A stretch of DNA of 64,000 nt from Patescibacteria group bacterium (GTDB taxonomy: Bacteria; Patescibacteriota; Minisyncoccia; Phycocordibacterales; PALSA-1337). Each line of letters begins with the position of its first letter. The stretch's first letter is position 1. The stretch covers positions 63,383 to 127,382 of the forward strand of contig JAZKBV010000002.1 in assembly GCA_040388415.1 (NCBI GenBank). Direction: 5' to 3'. This document shows, piece after piece, positions 47,095 through 55,863 of the stretch. The notes below the pieces were generated by a model, which did no database searches, was not told the DNA's origin, and saw nothing but the letters and a program-made list of their open reading frames with translations. The translations under genes were made by a program, and so were the position numbers.

Positions 47095-49293
47095 TTAAAA
47101 TCTTTTTTTGTATTCAGGCTTTGGTGGTCGTGGCATCTCTTCTCTCTTGGTGAATTTGTTTGGGTCTGCCTGCTTGATGGAAAGGTTGATTCTACCCTTT
47201 TCGTCAACTTCTTTGACGACAACAGGTACTTTATCGCCTTCTTTTATATATGTTTCGACACGTTCGACACGGAATGGAGCTATCTCTGAGACGTGGACGA
47301 GGCCTTCTGAGTTCGGTCCTATCTTTACGAATGCGCCAAAGTCCATGAGTCGTGTCACTTCCCCATCAAAACGCTCGCCTGGCTTATATTCACGCGTCAT
47401 ACCGTAAATAATATCCTTGGCCTTTTGTGCTGTTTCATTTTTTCCTGTGATAAATATAGAGCCGTCATCTTCTATAGTTATATCTTCTACCTGAGTTGAA
47501 TCTTTGATCTCATTGATTGTCTTTCCGCCAGAACCGATAACAAGACCTATTTGATCGGGCTTGATCTTCATAACGATTATTTCAGGCGCATTTGGATTGA
47601 TCTTCGCTCTCGGTACAGCAATAGCCTTTTCGATAACATCAAGGATTGTGAAACGTGCATTTTTTGCTTTTTCAAAAGCTTCAGCGAGTATTTTCAAAGG
47701 GATACCGCCAACTTTCACATCCATTTGTACGGCGGTGATACCGGCGCGCGTGCCTGCCACCTTGAAATCCATATCGCCATGATGATCTTCTGGCCCCTGA
47801 ATGTCAGTGAGCACTTTGTACTCATAGTTCTTGGCGCCGAAAAGTTTACCGATGACTCCTGGCTTTGCTTCACGCATCATGAGACCGCTTGCAATACCAG
47901 CGACTGGAGCTTTGATGGGAACTCCTGCATCCATAAGCGCAAGAGTTGAGCCACAGACTGAACCCATTGAGGTTGAGCCATTTGAAGCCATCGCTTCTGA
48001 AACGATACGGATAGTATATGGAAATATATCTTTTGCAGGAATTACCGGTACCAAAGCTTTTTCAGCGAGAGCGCCGTGACCGATCATGCGACGGTTCGTA
48101 CTGCCGACACGACCTGTTTCACCAGTTGAGAATGGTGGAAAGTTGTAATGGTGCATGAAACGCTTGTTTGCCTCTGCTGCCATACCGTCTATGACGAGTG
48201 CATCGCCAGGACTACCTAATGTAAGGGCAGAAAGGATATGTGTGCCTCCGCGATAAAATATTCCAGAACCGTGCAACATAGGTGAAATACCACCCGCTTG
48301 TGCAAAGAGGGGGCGAACTTGGTCAACGGTGCGTCCATCAGCACGTTTTCCGTTATCAATCGCCTCCGCATGCAACAGTTCATTAACCGCTTCTTCAAAA
48401 ACTTCTTGAGCCATAGCTTTATTGCCTTTATGTTTCACATCTTCGCTACAAAATTTCTCCGCAAAGAGTGCTGACCAGATAGCATTGATCTCATTGATAC
48501 GATTGTGGCCAGGAGTACCGCTCATGATGTATTCAGCAAGCTTCGGTTTTATTTCGGTATCAAAAAGCTCAACTGTGCCAGGAGTTGGTTCAGGCAATTT
48601 GACTTCAGTTTTTGGTTTGCCAATCTCTGCGATGATCTGCTTTTGCCATGTTTGAATCTTTTCAATCTCTGCACTTGCTCGTTCCAAAGCTTCGTTGAGT
48701 AGATCCTCACCGACTTCATGACTCGCCACTTCTATCATATTGATCATGCCGTCTTTACCACATGCCACAAGCTCGAGGTCTATTTTTGCTTCATCGCGCG
48801 CTGCATAATCTGGGTTGATAAACCAGTGGTGATCTTTTGCTATACGAACAGCCGAAGCGGGTCCATTCCATGGGATACGTGAAACACTGAGGGCTAGTGA
48901 AGCAGCGATGACTGAGAGTACATCTGGATCATCTTGATCGATAGAGAGTGTAGTGACGATGACTTGGACCTCGTTGCGGATTTTCTGATTGAACAGAGGG
49001 CGGATAGTACGGTCAACGATACGACCAGAGAGGATGGCTTCAGTTGAAGGCTTTCCTTCTCGACGGACGAAGCGTGAGCCAAGGATGCGGCCAGTGGCGT
49101 AAAAACGTTCCTCAAAATCAACGGTGAGTGGAAAAAAGTCACCATCTCTCATGTCCCCCATGACTGCTGTGGCGAGGACTGCGGTATTTCCGTAACGGAC
49201 GATGACCGAACCGTCTGCCTGGTCCGCGAGGTCGTTGAATTCTGCTGATAATATCTTGCCGCCGATCTCGAGAGAGTATTGTTTTGAAATCAT
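47095..49293 (-). CDS. pnp: polyribonucleotide nucleotidyltransferase (PNPase)
   Basis: 732 aa with two RNase PH-like domains, then KH and S1 domains (…ERFDGEVTRLMDFGAFVKIGPNSEGLVHVSEI…). Confidence 0.93.
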   Translation of the reverse strand: MISKQYSLEIGGKILSAEFNDLADQADGSVIVRYGNTAVLATAVMGDMRDGDFFPLTVDFEERFYATGRILGSRFVRREGKPSTEAILSGRIVDRTIRPLFNQKIRNEVQVIVTTLSIDQDDPDVLSVIAASLALSVSRIPWNGPASAVRIAKDHHWFINPDYAARDEAKIDLELVACGKDGMINMIEVASHEVGEDLLNEALERASAEIEKIQTWQKQIIAEIGKPKTEVKLPEPTPGTVELFDTEIKPKLAEYIMSGTPGHNRINEINAIWSALFAEKFCSEDVKHKGNKAMAQEVFEEAVNELLHAEAIDNGKRADGRTVDQVRPLFAQAGGISPMLHGSGIFYRGGTHILSALTLGSPGDALVIDGMAAEANKRFMHHYNFPPFSTGETGRVGSTNRRMIGHGALAEKALVPVIPAKDIFPYTIRIVSEAMASNGSTSMGSVCGSTLALMDAGVPIKAPVAGIASGLMMREAKPGVIGKLFGAKNYEYKVLTDIQGPEDHHGDMDFKVAGTRAGITAVQMDVKVGGIPLKILAEAFEKAKNARFTILDVIEKAIAVPRAKINPNAPEIIVMKIKPDQIGLVIGSGGKTINEIKDSTQVEDITIEDDGSIFITGKNETAQKAKDIIYGMTREYKPGERFDGEVTRLMDFGAFVKIGPNSEGLVHVSEIAPFRVERVETYIKEGDKVPVVVKEVDEKGRINLSIKQADPNKFTKREEMPRPPKPEYKKRF

Positions 49294-49356
49294 AGTAATT
49301 ATAATGTAGCAAGAAAAGAGGTGTAGCGCATCTATAGATGTGATAGCATATTCATT

Positions 49357-49854
49357 ATGAATACAAAGAAAGTGCTCGGAGTTGATATTGGCAACGTTAT
49401 TATAAATAACCGTCTCAATGATCCTGAAGTCAATGAAGTTGATGAGGCTGTTTACGCCGCTTTTCCTCCGTCGGAGGGCGTATTTGAGGCATTGAAGATT
49501 TTAAATGATTATTTTGATGGCGAGGTTTATCTGATCTCAAAATGTACTGAGTGGGCACAAATACAAATTTTGGCATGGCTCGCTACGCATGATTTTTATA
49601 ATAAAACAGGCATTAAACCAGAACATGTTAATTTTGTGAGAAAACGCAACGAAAAAGATGCCGTCTGTATAAAATTAGGGGTTACGCATTTTGTCGATGA
49701 TCGTCTGGAAGTCTTGGGTTATATGGTCGAATCAACACCAAACCTCATTTTGTTTCAACCAGATCAAGTGGAGATGGAGGAATTTAAACAGTTTTTGCCC
49801 CACGTCACTGTCACCAATAACTGGAACGAGGTTGTGAAACAGATTATTAAATAA
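49357..49854 (+). CDS. hypothetical protein; weak resemblance to NT5C-type HAD-like nucleotidases or RNase-H-fold (YqgF-like) proteins
   Basis: N-terminal VLGVDIGNVII (hhGxDxG-like), VYLISKCTEW, and HFVDDRLEVL. The HAD motif I is degenerate (DIG instead of DxD). Assignment uncertain. Confidence 0.35.
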   Translation: MNTKKVLGVDIGNVIINNRLNDPEVNEVDEAVYAAFPPSEGVFEALKILNDYFDGEVYLISKCTEWAQIQILAWLATHDFYNKTGIKPEHVNFVRKRNEKDAVCIKLGVTHFVDDRLEVLGYMVESTPNLILFQPDQVEMEEFKQFLPHVTVTNNWNEVVKQIIK

Positions 49855-49864
49855 TTTTGAGACA

Positions 49865-50773
49865 ATGAAAGCAGAATCACAGCCAGTGTATGACGTGCTC
49901 CCCCAAGAAAATAACTTGGTGGAAAAATATCACCCAAAATTTCTTGCTTGTGGCGGGGATCATTTGGTTTATGAAATTCCTGAGCACCCTGATGTTGTCG
50001 TCAAAGCATCAACATTCAGGATTAAAGATATTTTGGTGGATAATGCCGAGCATGGTGTTCCGCTCGACTCACTTTCAGATGGTATGAGAGAGTTTGTCGG
50101 TACTGAATTGAAAGAAAAAGACGAACAGTCGAGAAATTTGAGAAATTATTTTGGTAATGAACATACGCTGGCAGAGCGACGTTTTCTTATGAAAGTTCCT
50201 GTAACAGGAGAAATAGTAGCTGACATTTTCAAAGATGACTGGAAAGGGCGAGTGCCACCAGAAGATTCTTTAAATATGAATGAAGCCTGGTCATCTGTTA
50301 CTGTTCAACAGCGTGCAGAGGCCATCAATGATCCAAAGCATCTAAGTCTCAATTTCGAAGGGTTTCTCGAGGAAGATAAATATGATGATACGGCTATACA
50401 GCATATTCTTACTTTGTCTGAAAACAACCCTGCTCTCAGGGACTCTCTAAAAGAATTTGTTAGTAAGGCAGTTTCATATGCCAATGAAACAGGAAATATT
50501 CTTGCTATGGCCGGAAAGGATAACATTATCTTCTATAAGGATCCTGAAAATGGTGAGAAATGGAATTATTTGCTCGTTGACGCACTTTCTATCCACAATG
50601 AACCCGTCTTCAAGGTCGCGCAGGAAATCTCATTGAAGATAATAAATGGTGAGAAAATAACTCCGCATGAGCAGACACTTTTGATGAAAGCCCTAAATTT
50701 CACGAGGACAATAAATAATATTGCGTCTGCACTCGGTATGAGTGAGCATTTGGGTTTACAGACAGAGTTGTAA
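49865..50773 (+). CDS. hypothetical protein with protein-kinase-like fold features
   Basis: Gly-rich loop plus Lys (FLACGGDHLVYEIPEHPDVVVKAS). Putative catalytic segment ILAMAGKDNIIFYK. Putative metal-binding WNYLLVDALS. Atypical order of catalytic residues. Confidence 0.35.
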   Translation: MKAESQPVYDVLPQENNLVEKYHPKFLACGGDHLVYEIPEHPDVVVKASTFRIKDILVDNAEHGVPLDSLSDGMREFVGTELKEKDEQSRNLRNYFGNEHTLAERRFLMKVPVTGEIVADIFKDDWKGRVPPEDSLNMNEAWSSVTVQQRAEAINDPKHLSLNFEGFLEEDKYDDTAIQHILTLSENNPALRDSLKEFVSKAVSYANETGNILAMAGKDNIIFYKDPENGEKWNYLLVDALSIHNEPVFKVAQEISLKIINGEKITPHEQTLLMKALNFTRTINNIASALGMSEHLGLQTEL

Positions 50774-50779
50774 TTTTAC

Positions 50780-51304
50780 TTACAAAGAGAACCCAATCTT
50801 CTCTTTAGGCTTCTTCTCCTCAACGGTCAGATGTTTCAGTACGTTGAATATCTCATAAATGTGCTTATCGTACTTTCTTTCCATTTGTTCAACTTTTTCT
50901 GCAAGTTTCTTATTTTCAGCCAGTATTTCACGAAGTTTTGTGAAGGTACGAATGATCTGGATATTGACTTGGATCGCGTGCGGGCTTTTGAGAACGCTCG
51001 AAAGCATAGCGACACCTTGTTCAGTGAAAACGGTAGGTGAATACTTGATATTCTCACCTCTTTTCAAGGTCACAATTTGTGACCTTGGACGTTGCTGATA
51101 GTAAAGAATAGTTTCTTGTGGAGATAATTTAAACATAAAATCTCCAGGGAATCTTTCAAGATTTCTTTTGACTGCTTGATTTAAGACTTTCGTTTCTACC
51201 CCATATAGCTCAGCAAGGTCTCTATCAATTAGTACTTTTTTACCCCGGATAAAAAATATCTTACTAAGCACAGTCTCATTTGGAATCGTTACTAATATAT
51301 TCAT
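50780..51304 (-). CDS. ORF6N (KilA-N-related) DNA-binding domain protein
   Basis: The N-terminal ...KVLIDRDLAELYGVETKVLNQAVKRNLERFPGDFMFKLS matches the ORF6N domain commonly found in phage anti-repressor-like proteins. C-terminal coiled coil. Confidence 0.6.
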   Translation of the reverse strand: MNILVTIPNETVLSKIFFIRGKKVLIDRDLAELYGVETKVLNQAVKRNLERFPGDFMFKLSPQETILYYQQRPRSQIVTLKRGENIKYSPTVFTEQGVAMLSSVLKSPHAIQVNIQIIRTFTKLREILAENKKLAEKVEQMERKYDKHIYEIFNVLKHLTVEEKKPKEKIGFSL

Positions 51305-51587
51305 TATTTTTTTGTGTATTATTCGGTAATGATTTTTTACCTTTTATTTTAATAGCTCCAGTTTTTATTCTTGTCCTCTTATTTACTTTTATCGCACTTT
51401 CGTTCTCTGGTGGTGTTACATCAATAAACTTCGCACCCATCGATTCAAATTGCTTGACAAAGAACCAGTGTATCGGAGGTATGACCTCATTACATGATCT
51501 GCAGATGTATGTAGATTCGTCTACAACTATTGGATTCTTACAATCATGCCAACAACCAGACTTGTTGGTCTTTGTATTTTTACCCAT
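51276..51587 (-). CDS. hypothetical small Cys4 zinc-ribbon protein
   Basis: CWHDC...CRSC motif, with a Lys-rich C-terminus. Overlaps the ORF6N gene start by 29 nt. An antisense ORF 51280-51591 (+) is considered spurious. Confidence 0.35.
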   Translation of the reverse strand: MGKNTKTNKSGCWHDCKNPIVVDESTYICRSCNEVIPPIHWFFVKQFESMGAKFIDVTPPENESAIKVNKRTRIKTGAIKIKGKKSLPNNTQKNNEYISNDSK

Positions 51588-51783
51588 ATAAATTTTTAGT
51601 TAACTAACAATTAATAAATCATCCCGATTTCCCTCTTCCTGCAAAATAGATCGCCATACGGCTTATCCGTACCATTGCGTAATGTAATAATTGTACCAAA
51701 CAAAAAAATCTCGAGAACTTCCGTTCTGAGATTTTCTGTTTTCTAGTAGCGTAATTTTTAGAAATTAGACAGTAAGAAATTCT

Positions 51784-52317
51784 CTATTGATTCCCTCTCC
51801 TGTTCCCTCCTGACCTGAGCAAATATTTTGCTGGTTCCTCGTCGAGATCCATGAAATGGTCTGCGACTTCAATGAGTTTTGATGATGTAGATTTGCCGAA
51901 TGAAACGACTTCTACCTGACACCCTTGGTTCATCTGGAGATATTCGACGAGCGGACAGAAGTCCCCGTCTCCGGTGAGGAGAATGACTGAGTCGAGCTTT
52001 GGAGCGAGTTTGACGGCGTCGATAGCGAGACCGACGTCCCAATCAGCCTTCTTTGCGCCAGAACTGAAGATCTGTAGGTCTTTGACCTTTGTCTCGATAC
52101 CTACTTTGGTGAGAGCGTCAAAGAAACCGGTTTCATCACCTGATTCTGTTGATATAACGTACGCGACTGCGCGAACGAGTTTGCGGCCGTCGAGAGCATC
52201 TTTGACGATGGCCCCGAAATTGACCTTTGAGTGGTAAAGATTTTTACCGCTGTGATAGAGATTTTGTGCATCGATATAGATACCGACGCGTTGTTCTTTG
52301 TGTTTGATTATAGACAT
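51784..52317 (-). CDS. NYN-domain (LabA-like, PIN-like) protein
   Basis: VGIYIDAQNLYHS..., AVAYV, and VILLTGDGDFCPLVEYLQ match the NYN/LabA fold with acidic residues. Confidence 0.75.
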   Translation of the reverse strand: MSIIKHKEQRVGIYIDAQNLYHSGKNLYHSKVNFGAIVKDALDGRKLVRAVAYVISTESGDETGFFDALTKVGIETKVKDLQIFSSGAKKADWDVGLAIDAVKLAPKLDSVILLTGDGDFCPLVEYLQMNQGCQVEVVSFGKSTSSKLIEVADHFMDLDEEPAKYLLRSGGNRRGNQ

Positions 52318-52390
52318 AAAAAATGTGAGTTAACTAAATTTGTATTAAAAAGGTTATTGATTTGTAAATGACCTTACTACGCTAAGTATA

Positions 52391-52416
52391 AACGAAAATT
52401 GGCTTGTCGCCAATTT
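52391..52416 (-). terminator. putative terminator downstream of rpsO
   Basis: AATTGGC-ttgtc-GCCAATT perfect 7-bp hairpin with a short U-run on the minus strand. Confidence 0.4.
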
Positions 52417-52422
52417 GTCAGA

Positions 52423-52689
52423 CTATTTCTTGAGATCCAACTTCTTGATGATAGTTGCGTAACGCTTTGGGTTACTTTTCTTCAAATAGACGAGGTGAGA
52501 CTGGCGATCAGCAACCATACCGAGGAGACCACGGCGTGAGTGGTTGTCTTTCTTGTGCTTACGGAGGTGTGAAGTAAGCTCATCAATGCGCTTGGTCAAA
52601 ATAGCGACCTGAACTTCAGGAGAACCTGTGTCCTTGTCGTGAATTGCTGTTTCTTTGATGATTTTGGTCTTTTGACGTGTGCTTAACAT
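52423..52689 (-). CDS. rpsO: 30S ribosomal protein S15
   Basis: 88 aa: ...GSPEVQVAILTKRIDELTSHLRKHKKDNHSRRGLLGMVADRQSHLVYLKK..., the S15 consensus. Confidence 0.9.
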   Translation of the reverse strand: MLSTRQKTKIIKETAIHDKDTGSPEVQVAILTKRIDELTSHLRKHKKDNHSRRGLLGMVADRQSHLVYLKKSNPKRYATIIKKLDLKK

Positions 52690-52828
52690 AGTTGAAACAT
52701 CATAGCATGAACCGTGGAGAGGTGCAAGTTTCTTATTAAAATATGGTTTAAGTCGTTTTTGAATATAGTAAAACCCGATTCACACTTATTACAACCACTC
52801 AGTGCGTTGTTCGTGTGAATCGGGTTAC

Positions 52829-53110
52829 AAGGGCTGGCCGCCGGCGGTTAATGCGGAATATGATTGCCGGTGATGGGCGCGCCGTTGTTGGGGCCGGAAT
52901 TTTTCTCGGAGTGCGTGTTGAGGTTAACAGGCGGGTCGTGGGTCTTCATGGCTTATAGCCCTTTCTTTGGATGTGACGCAAGCAAGGCCTGCGAGCGTCG
53001 TCGTTTACCGCATGCTTTTTACAGCATGGAATAATCCTGATGGTCAGACCTGTCCCTAGCATGGACGAGAGGTTCCTCAAAGATCATTCGCTGTGTATCA
53101 TAGCACACCC
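52829..53110. other. GC-rich (~55-60%) non-coding segment with long-range complementarity; candidate structured RNA or foreign DNA remnant
   Basis: Composition contrasts sharply with the ~40% GC flanks. AAGGGCT (52829-35) pairs with AGCCCTT (52957-63). Local hairpins (catgctttttacagcatg; palindromes gccggc and ggcgcgcc). A flanking 14-bp perfect hairpin at 52763-52827. No ORF of 60 aa or more on either strand. Confidence 0.3.
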
Positions 53111-53168
53111 ACAATATTTGTCAAGTATTCTAAAATATGTCTTGATTTTGTAGCTTAAAATCCGTGCA

Positions 53169-53177
53169 TGCTACAAT
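53169..53177 (+). promoter_or_regulatory. extended -10 element (TGcTACAAT) 6 nt upstream of the xerD ATG (leaderless pattern)
   Basis: tgctacaat, then ataccc, then ATG at 53184. Nearly identical in architecture to the ruvA promoter (tgctataat ctaccc ATG). Confidence 0.35.
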
Positions 53178-53183
53178 ATACCC

Positions 53184-54107
53184 ATGTCGCACAATCTCAG
53201 AGACCTGAAACAGCAATTCCTCGAATATATTGAGATAGAACGCGGTCGCTCCGTCAAAACCGTTGAGAACTATGATCGTTACCTCACTCGCTTCCTCAAC
53301 TATTCAAAGGCAAAGTCACCAAGCGATATCACTGAAAATGTTATTCGCGAGTTCCGTCTGTGGCTCAATCGTCAGCCAGCCAGTGAAAATAGCAGATCGA
53401 CCGCTACGCTCAAGAAGAAAACGCAGAACTACTACCTCATTTCCTTGCGTGCCTTCCTCAAGTATCTTGCAAAGCGTGGAGTTAAGGCTGTTTCACCCGA
53501 ATATATTGAGCTCGCCAAAGTTGGCGATCGTCATCTCGACCTCATAACCAAAGAAGAGCTCTCTCGCCTGCTCAAGTCGACTGACGGTGATGATTTGAGG
53601 TCTATGCGTGACAAAGCTATCCTCGAAACACTCTTTTCTACTGGTCTGCGTGTATCTGAGCTCTGTTCCCTCTCTCGTGATATCGACCTGTCGAGTGATG
53701 AACTCTCTGTTCGTGGTAAAGGTGAAAAGATCCGCGTGGTTTTCATGTCAGATGAAGCAAAACGCTCCATCAAGCGCTATTTGGATAAGCGTCCTGATAT
53801 TGACGGTGCCCTTTTTGTGAAGATCTCTGGTGAAGAACGAAAAATGAAAGAAGAGGATCTCGGGCTCTCAACGCGTCAGATAGAGAGAATCATCAAGCAT
53901 TACGCTATCAAAGCGGGTATTTCAAAAAAAGTGACACCCCACGTCATTCGCCATATGTTTGCCACTGACCTTCTGGGTAATGGTGCTGACCTCCGTTCAG
54001 TACAGATGTTGCTTGGTCACTCCAATATTTCAACGACACAGATTTATACGCACGTGACGGATAGTGAGCTGAAACGAGTACATAAGCAGTTTCATAATAA
54101 GAAGTAA
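53184..54107 (+). CDS. xerD: tyrosine recombinase XerC/XerD family
   Basis: Phage-integrase N-terminal SAM-like domain (FLEYIEIERGRSVKTVENYDRYL), catalytic R...HxxR...Y: ...HVIRHMFATDLL...LLGHSNISTTQIYTHV. Confidence 0.85.
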   Translation: MSHNLRDLKQQFLEYIEIERGRSVKTVENYDRYLTRFLNYSKAKSPSDITENVIREFRLWLNRQPASENSRSTATLKKKTQNYYLISLRAFLKYLAKRGVKAVSPEYIELAKVGDRHLDLITKEELSRLLKSTDGDDLRSMRDKAILETLFSTGLRVSELCSLSRDIDLSSDELSVRGKGEKIRVVFMSDEAKRSIKRYLDKRPDIDGALFVKISGEERKMKEEDLGLSTRQIERIIKHYAIKAGISKKVTPHVIRHMFATDLLGNGADLRSVQMLLGHSNISTTQIYTHVTDSELKRVHKQFHNKK

Positions 54108-54132
54108 TTTAGTTATTGACAATAGCATATCT

Positions 54133-54351
54133 TTGTGCTATCATTATATGTGGATGAAAGCATATGTTCGACCCCGAAACGGTTCCGATATTACATCGGA
54201 AATAACATTAGAACCTATTGATCCAAGAAGTGTTCGTTGGGATCAGTGGTTTCAGGATCTGTCACCGTCGCAGAGACAATATGTGCACGAGGAGCACGAT
54301 ATCTGCTATGGGCCCGATGCTGACGATCATGAAATCCCGGAATTGGCTTAA
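54133..54351 (+). CDS. hypothetical small protein
   Basis: 72-aa ORF between xerD and xth with a terminator downstream. No motif recognised. Confidence 0.3.
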   Translation: MCYHYMWMKAYVRPRNGSDITSEITLEPIDPRSVRWDQWFQDLSPSQRQYVHEEHDICYGPDADDHEIPELA

Positions 54352-54403
54352 TGGATAAACTCTTAACAAGAAAGGAAAATAAATATATGAAAGTCTCTGT
54401 TTA

Positions 54404-54436
54404 AACCGCGCCAACTCTGGTGCGGTTTCTTTTTTA
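54404..54436 (+). terminator. rho-independent terminator
   Basis: AACCGCGCCA-actc-TGGTGCGGTT followed by TCTTTTTT. Confidence 0.6.
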
Positions 54437-54477
54437 TGTAATTTCCCTTATTTCCCAATTCCCTCTATACTATCCCC

Positions 54478-55272
54478 ATGCGCATCATCTCATGGAATGT
54501 GAACGGACTCCGTGCCAATGTCAAAAAAGGTGGTTTTGACTGGCTTATGAACGAGTCAGCGGACATTTTCTGTGTCCAAGAGACAAAGTCACGTCCTGAC
54601 CAGCTCGATGCGGGAGTCACTGCCCCAGCCGGCTATCACGCCTATTTTGATCATTCAAAAGGACGTCAGGGCTACAGTGGTGTCGCTATTTGGACCAAGG
54701 TAAAGCCAGAAAAGGTTGATTATGGTCTCGGCAATCACGAATTGGATCAAGAAGGACGATTTTTAGCCCTCTATTTCCCTGCCGATGCCTTCAAGGAGAT
54801 TTCTCGTAAATTTGTCTTTATCAACATCTACTTCCCTAACGGTGGCGGTGGTCCAGAGCGTTTGGCCTACAAACTACGCTTCTACGATGAGTTTTTGAAA
54901 TACATCAAAGCGGCAAAGAAACGCGGATACGAAGTCATCTTCTGTGGCGACGTAAATACTGCCCATACTGCTATCGATCTTGCCCGCCCAAAAGAGAATG
55001 AAAAGAACACCGGCTTCCTCCCTATCGAGCGTGCCTGGATCGACCAAGTTATTGACGAAGGTTTTATAGACGTGTTCCGATATCTGAACCCAGATGCACG
55101 TGAAAAGTATAGCTATTGGGATCAAAAAACCTTTGCCCGAGAGCGTAATGTAGGCTGGCGTATCGACTACTTTTTTGCCACTCCGGGGGCTACCCGACTC
55201 GTGACAAAAGCACGAATTCTTGATCAAATAATGGGCTCAGACCATTGTCCACTAGATATTGTTATTGGATAA
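54478..55272 (+). CDS. xth: exodeoxyribonuclease III (Xth; AP endonuclease)
   Basis: MRIISWNVNGLRA...FCVQETK is the EEP family N-terminus. Matching C-terminal catalytic His and Asp (SDHCPL). Confidence 0.88.
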   Translation: MRIISWNVNGLRANVKKGGFDWLMNESADIFCVQETKSRPDQLDAGVTAPAGYHAYFDHSKGRQGYSGVAIWTKVKPEKVDYGLGNHELDQEGRFLALYFPADAFKEISRKFVFINIYFPNGGGGPERLAYKLRFYDEFLKYIKAAKKRGYEVIFCGDVNTAHTAIDLARPKENEKNTGFLPIERAWIDQVIDEGFIDVFRYLNPDAREKYSYWDQKTFARERNVGWRIDYFFATPGATRLVTKARILDQIMGSDHCPLDIVIG

Positions 55273-55863
55273 TTTTATCTATATATTAAAAGCTAGAAAG
55301 TAAAATTTTAATAAAATTGCCCTCAAAATGATGGCTTTTTAATGTGTGGTACAGCAATGTTTGGCCTATTGATTACTTACCCTGCCAGGTTCAATCGACA
55401 GGATTTTTAGGTATAAGAAAAGCGCATCATGCGCCTCGAAAAAGAGATGAAGCGATGTGCGCTTTTAAAGTTGAAGAATGCGATTTTTCGGGTCCACAGA
55501 CCAGAAGTGTTTCGGAGATCCTCCAAAACGATGAGACGTTGTCCAAACTGTTCCTAATGCCCATGAGAGCATTTTAATAGGTAACGGTGTGCAAGTTTTG
55601 CTTGAAAGTTTAGGTGCCCCCAATAAATGGAAGCTAATGTTTTTTGTTGAAACAAAATGCACCGTCATTCTGTCCTAAGCAACAGAAGGATACGCAATGT
55701 ATAGCATTCTTCAAAAGAGTTTTTTTGTAGCCTACCCAGCCACTATGATTTGAAAGAACAGATTCTTTTGTCTTAATACCTCGGATGACAAAATTTAATC
55801 TGGGATAATTATATTCGCATAAAGGACAAGTGTAAAGGACATACTGGGGATAACTCCACTATT

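Noticed and set aside
49357-49854. Calling the 165-aa protein a 5'(3')-deoxyribonucleotidase or RuvX/YqgF
   Set aside because: HAD motif I lacks the second Asp (DIG instead of DxD), and similarity to YqgF is limited to a GxDxG-like N-terminus. Evidence is insufficient for either assignment.
51280-51591. Plus-strand 103-aa hydrophobic ORF antisense to the Zn-ribbon gene
   Set aside because: It is the mirror frame of the minus-strand ORF that carries a CxxxC…CxxC motif. Only one can be real, and the minus-strand product has the more protein-like composition.
52849-52950. 33-aa sORF inside the GC-rich segment
   Set aside because: Very short, and its GC3-rich codon usage is unlike the host. It is kept only as a note within the structured-region finding, not called as a gene.
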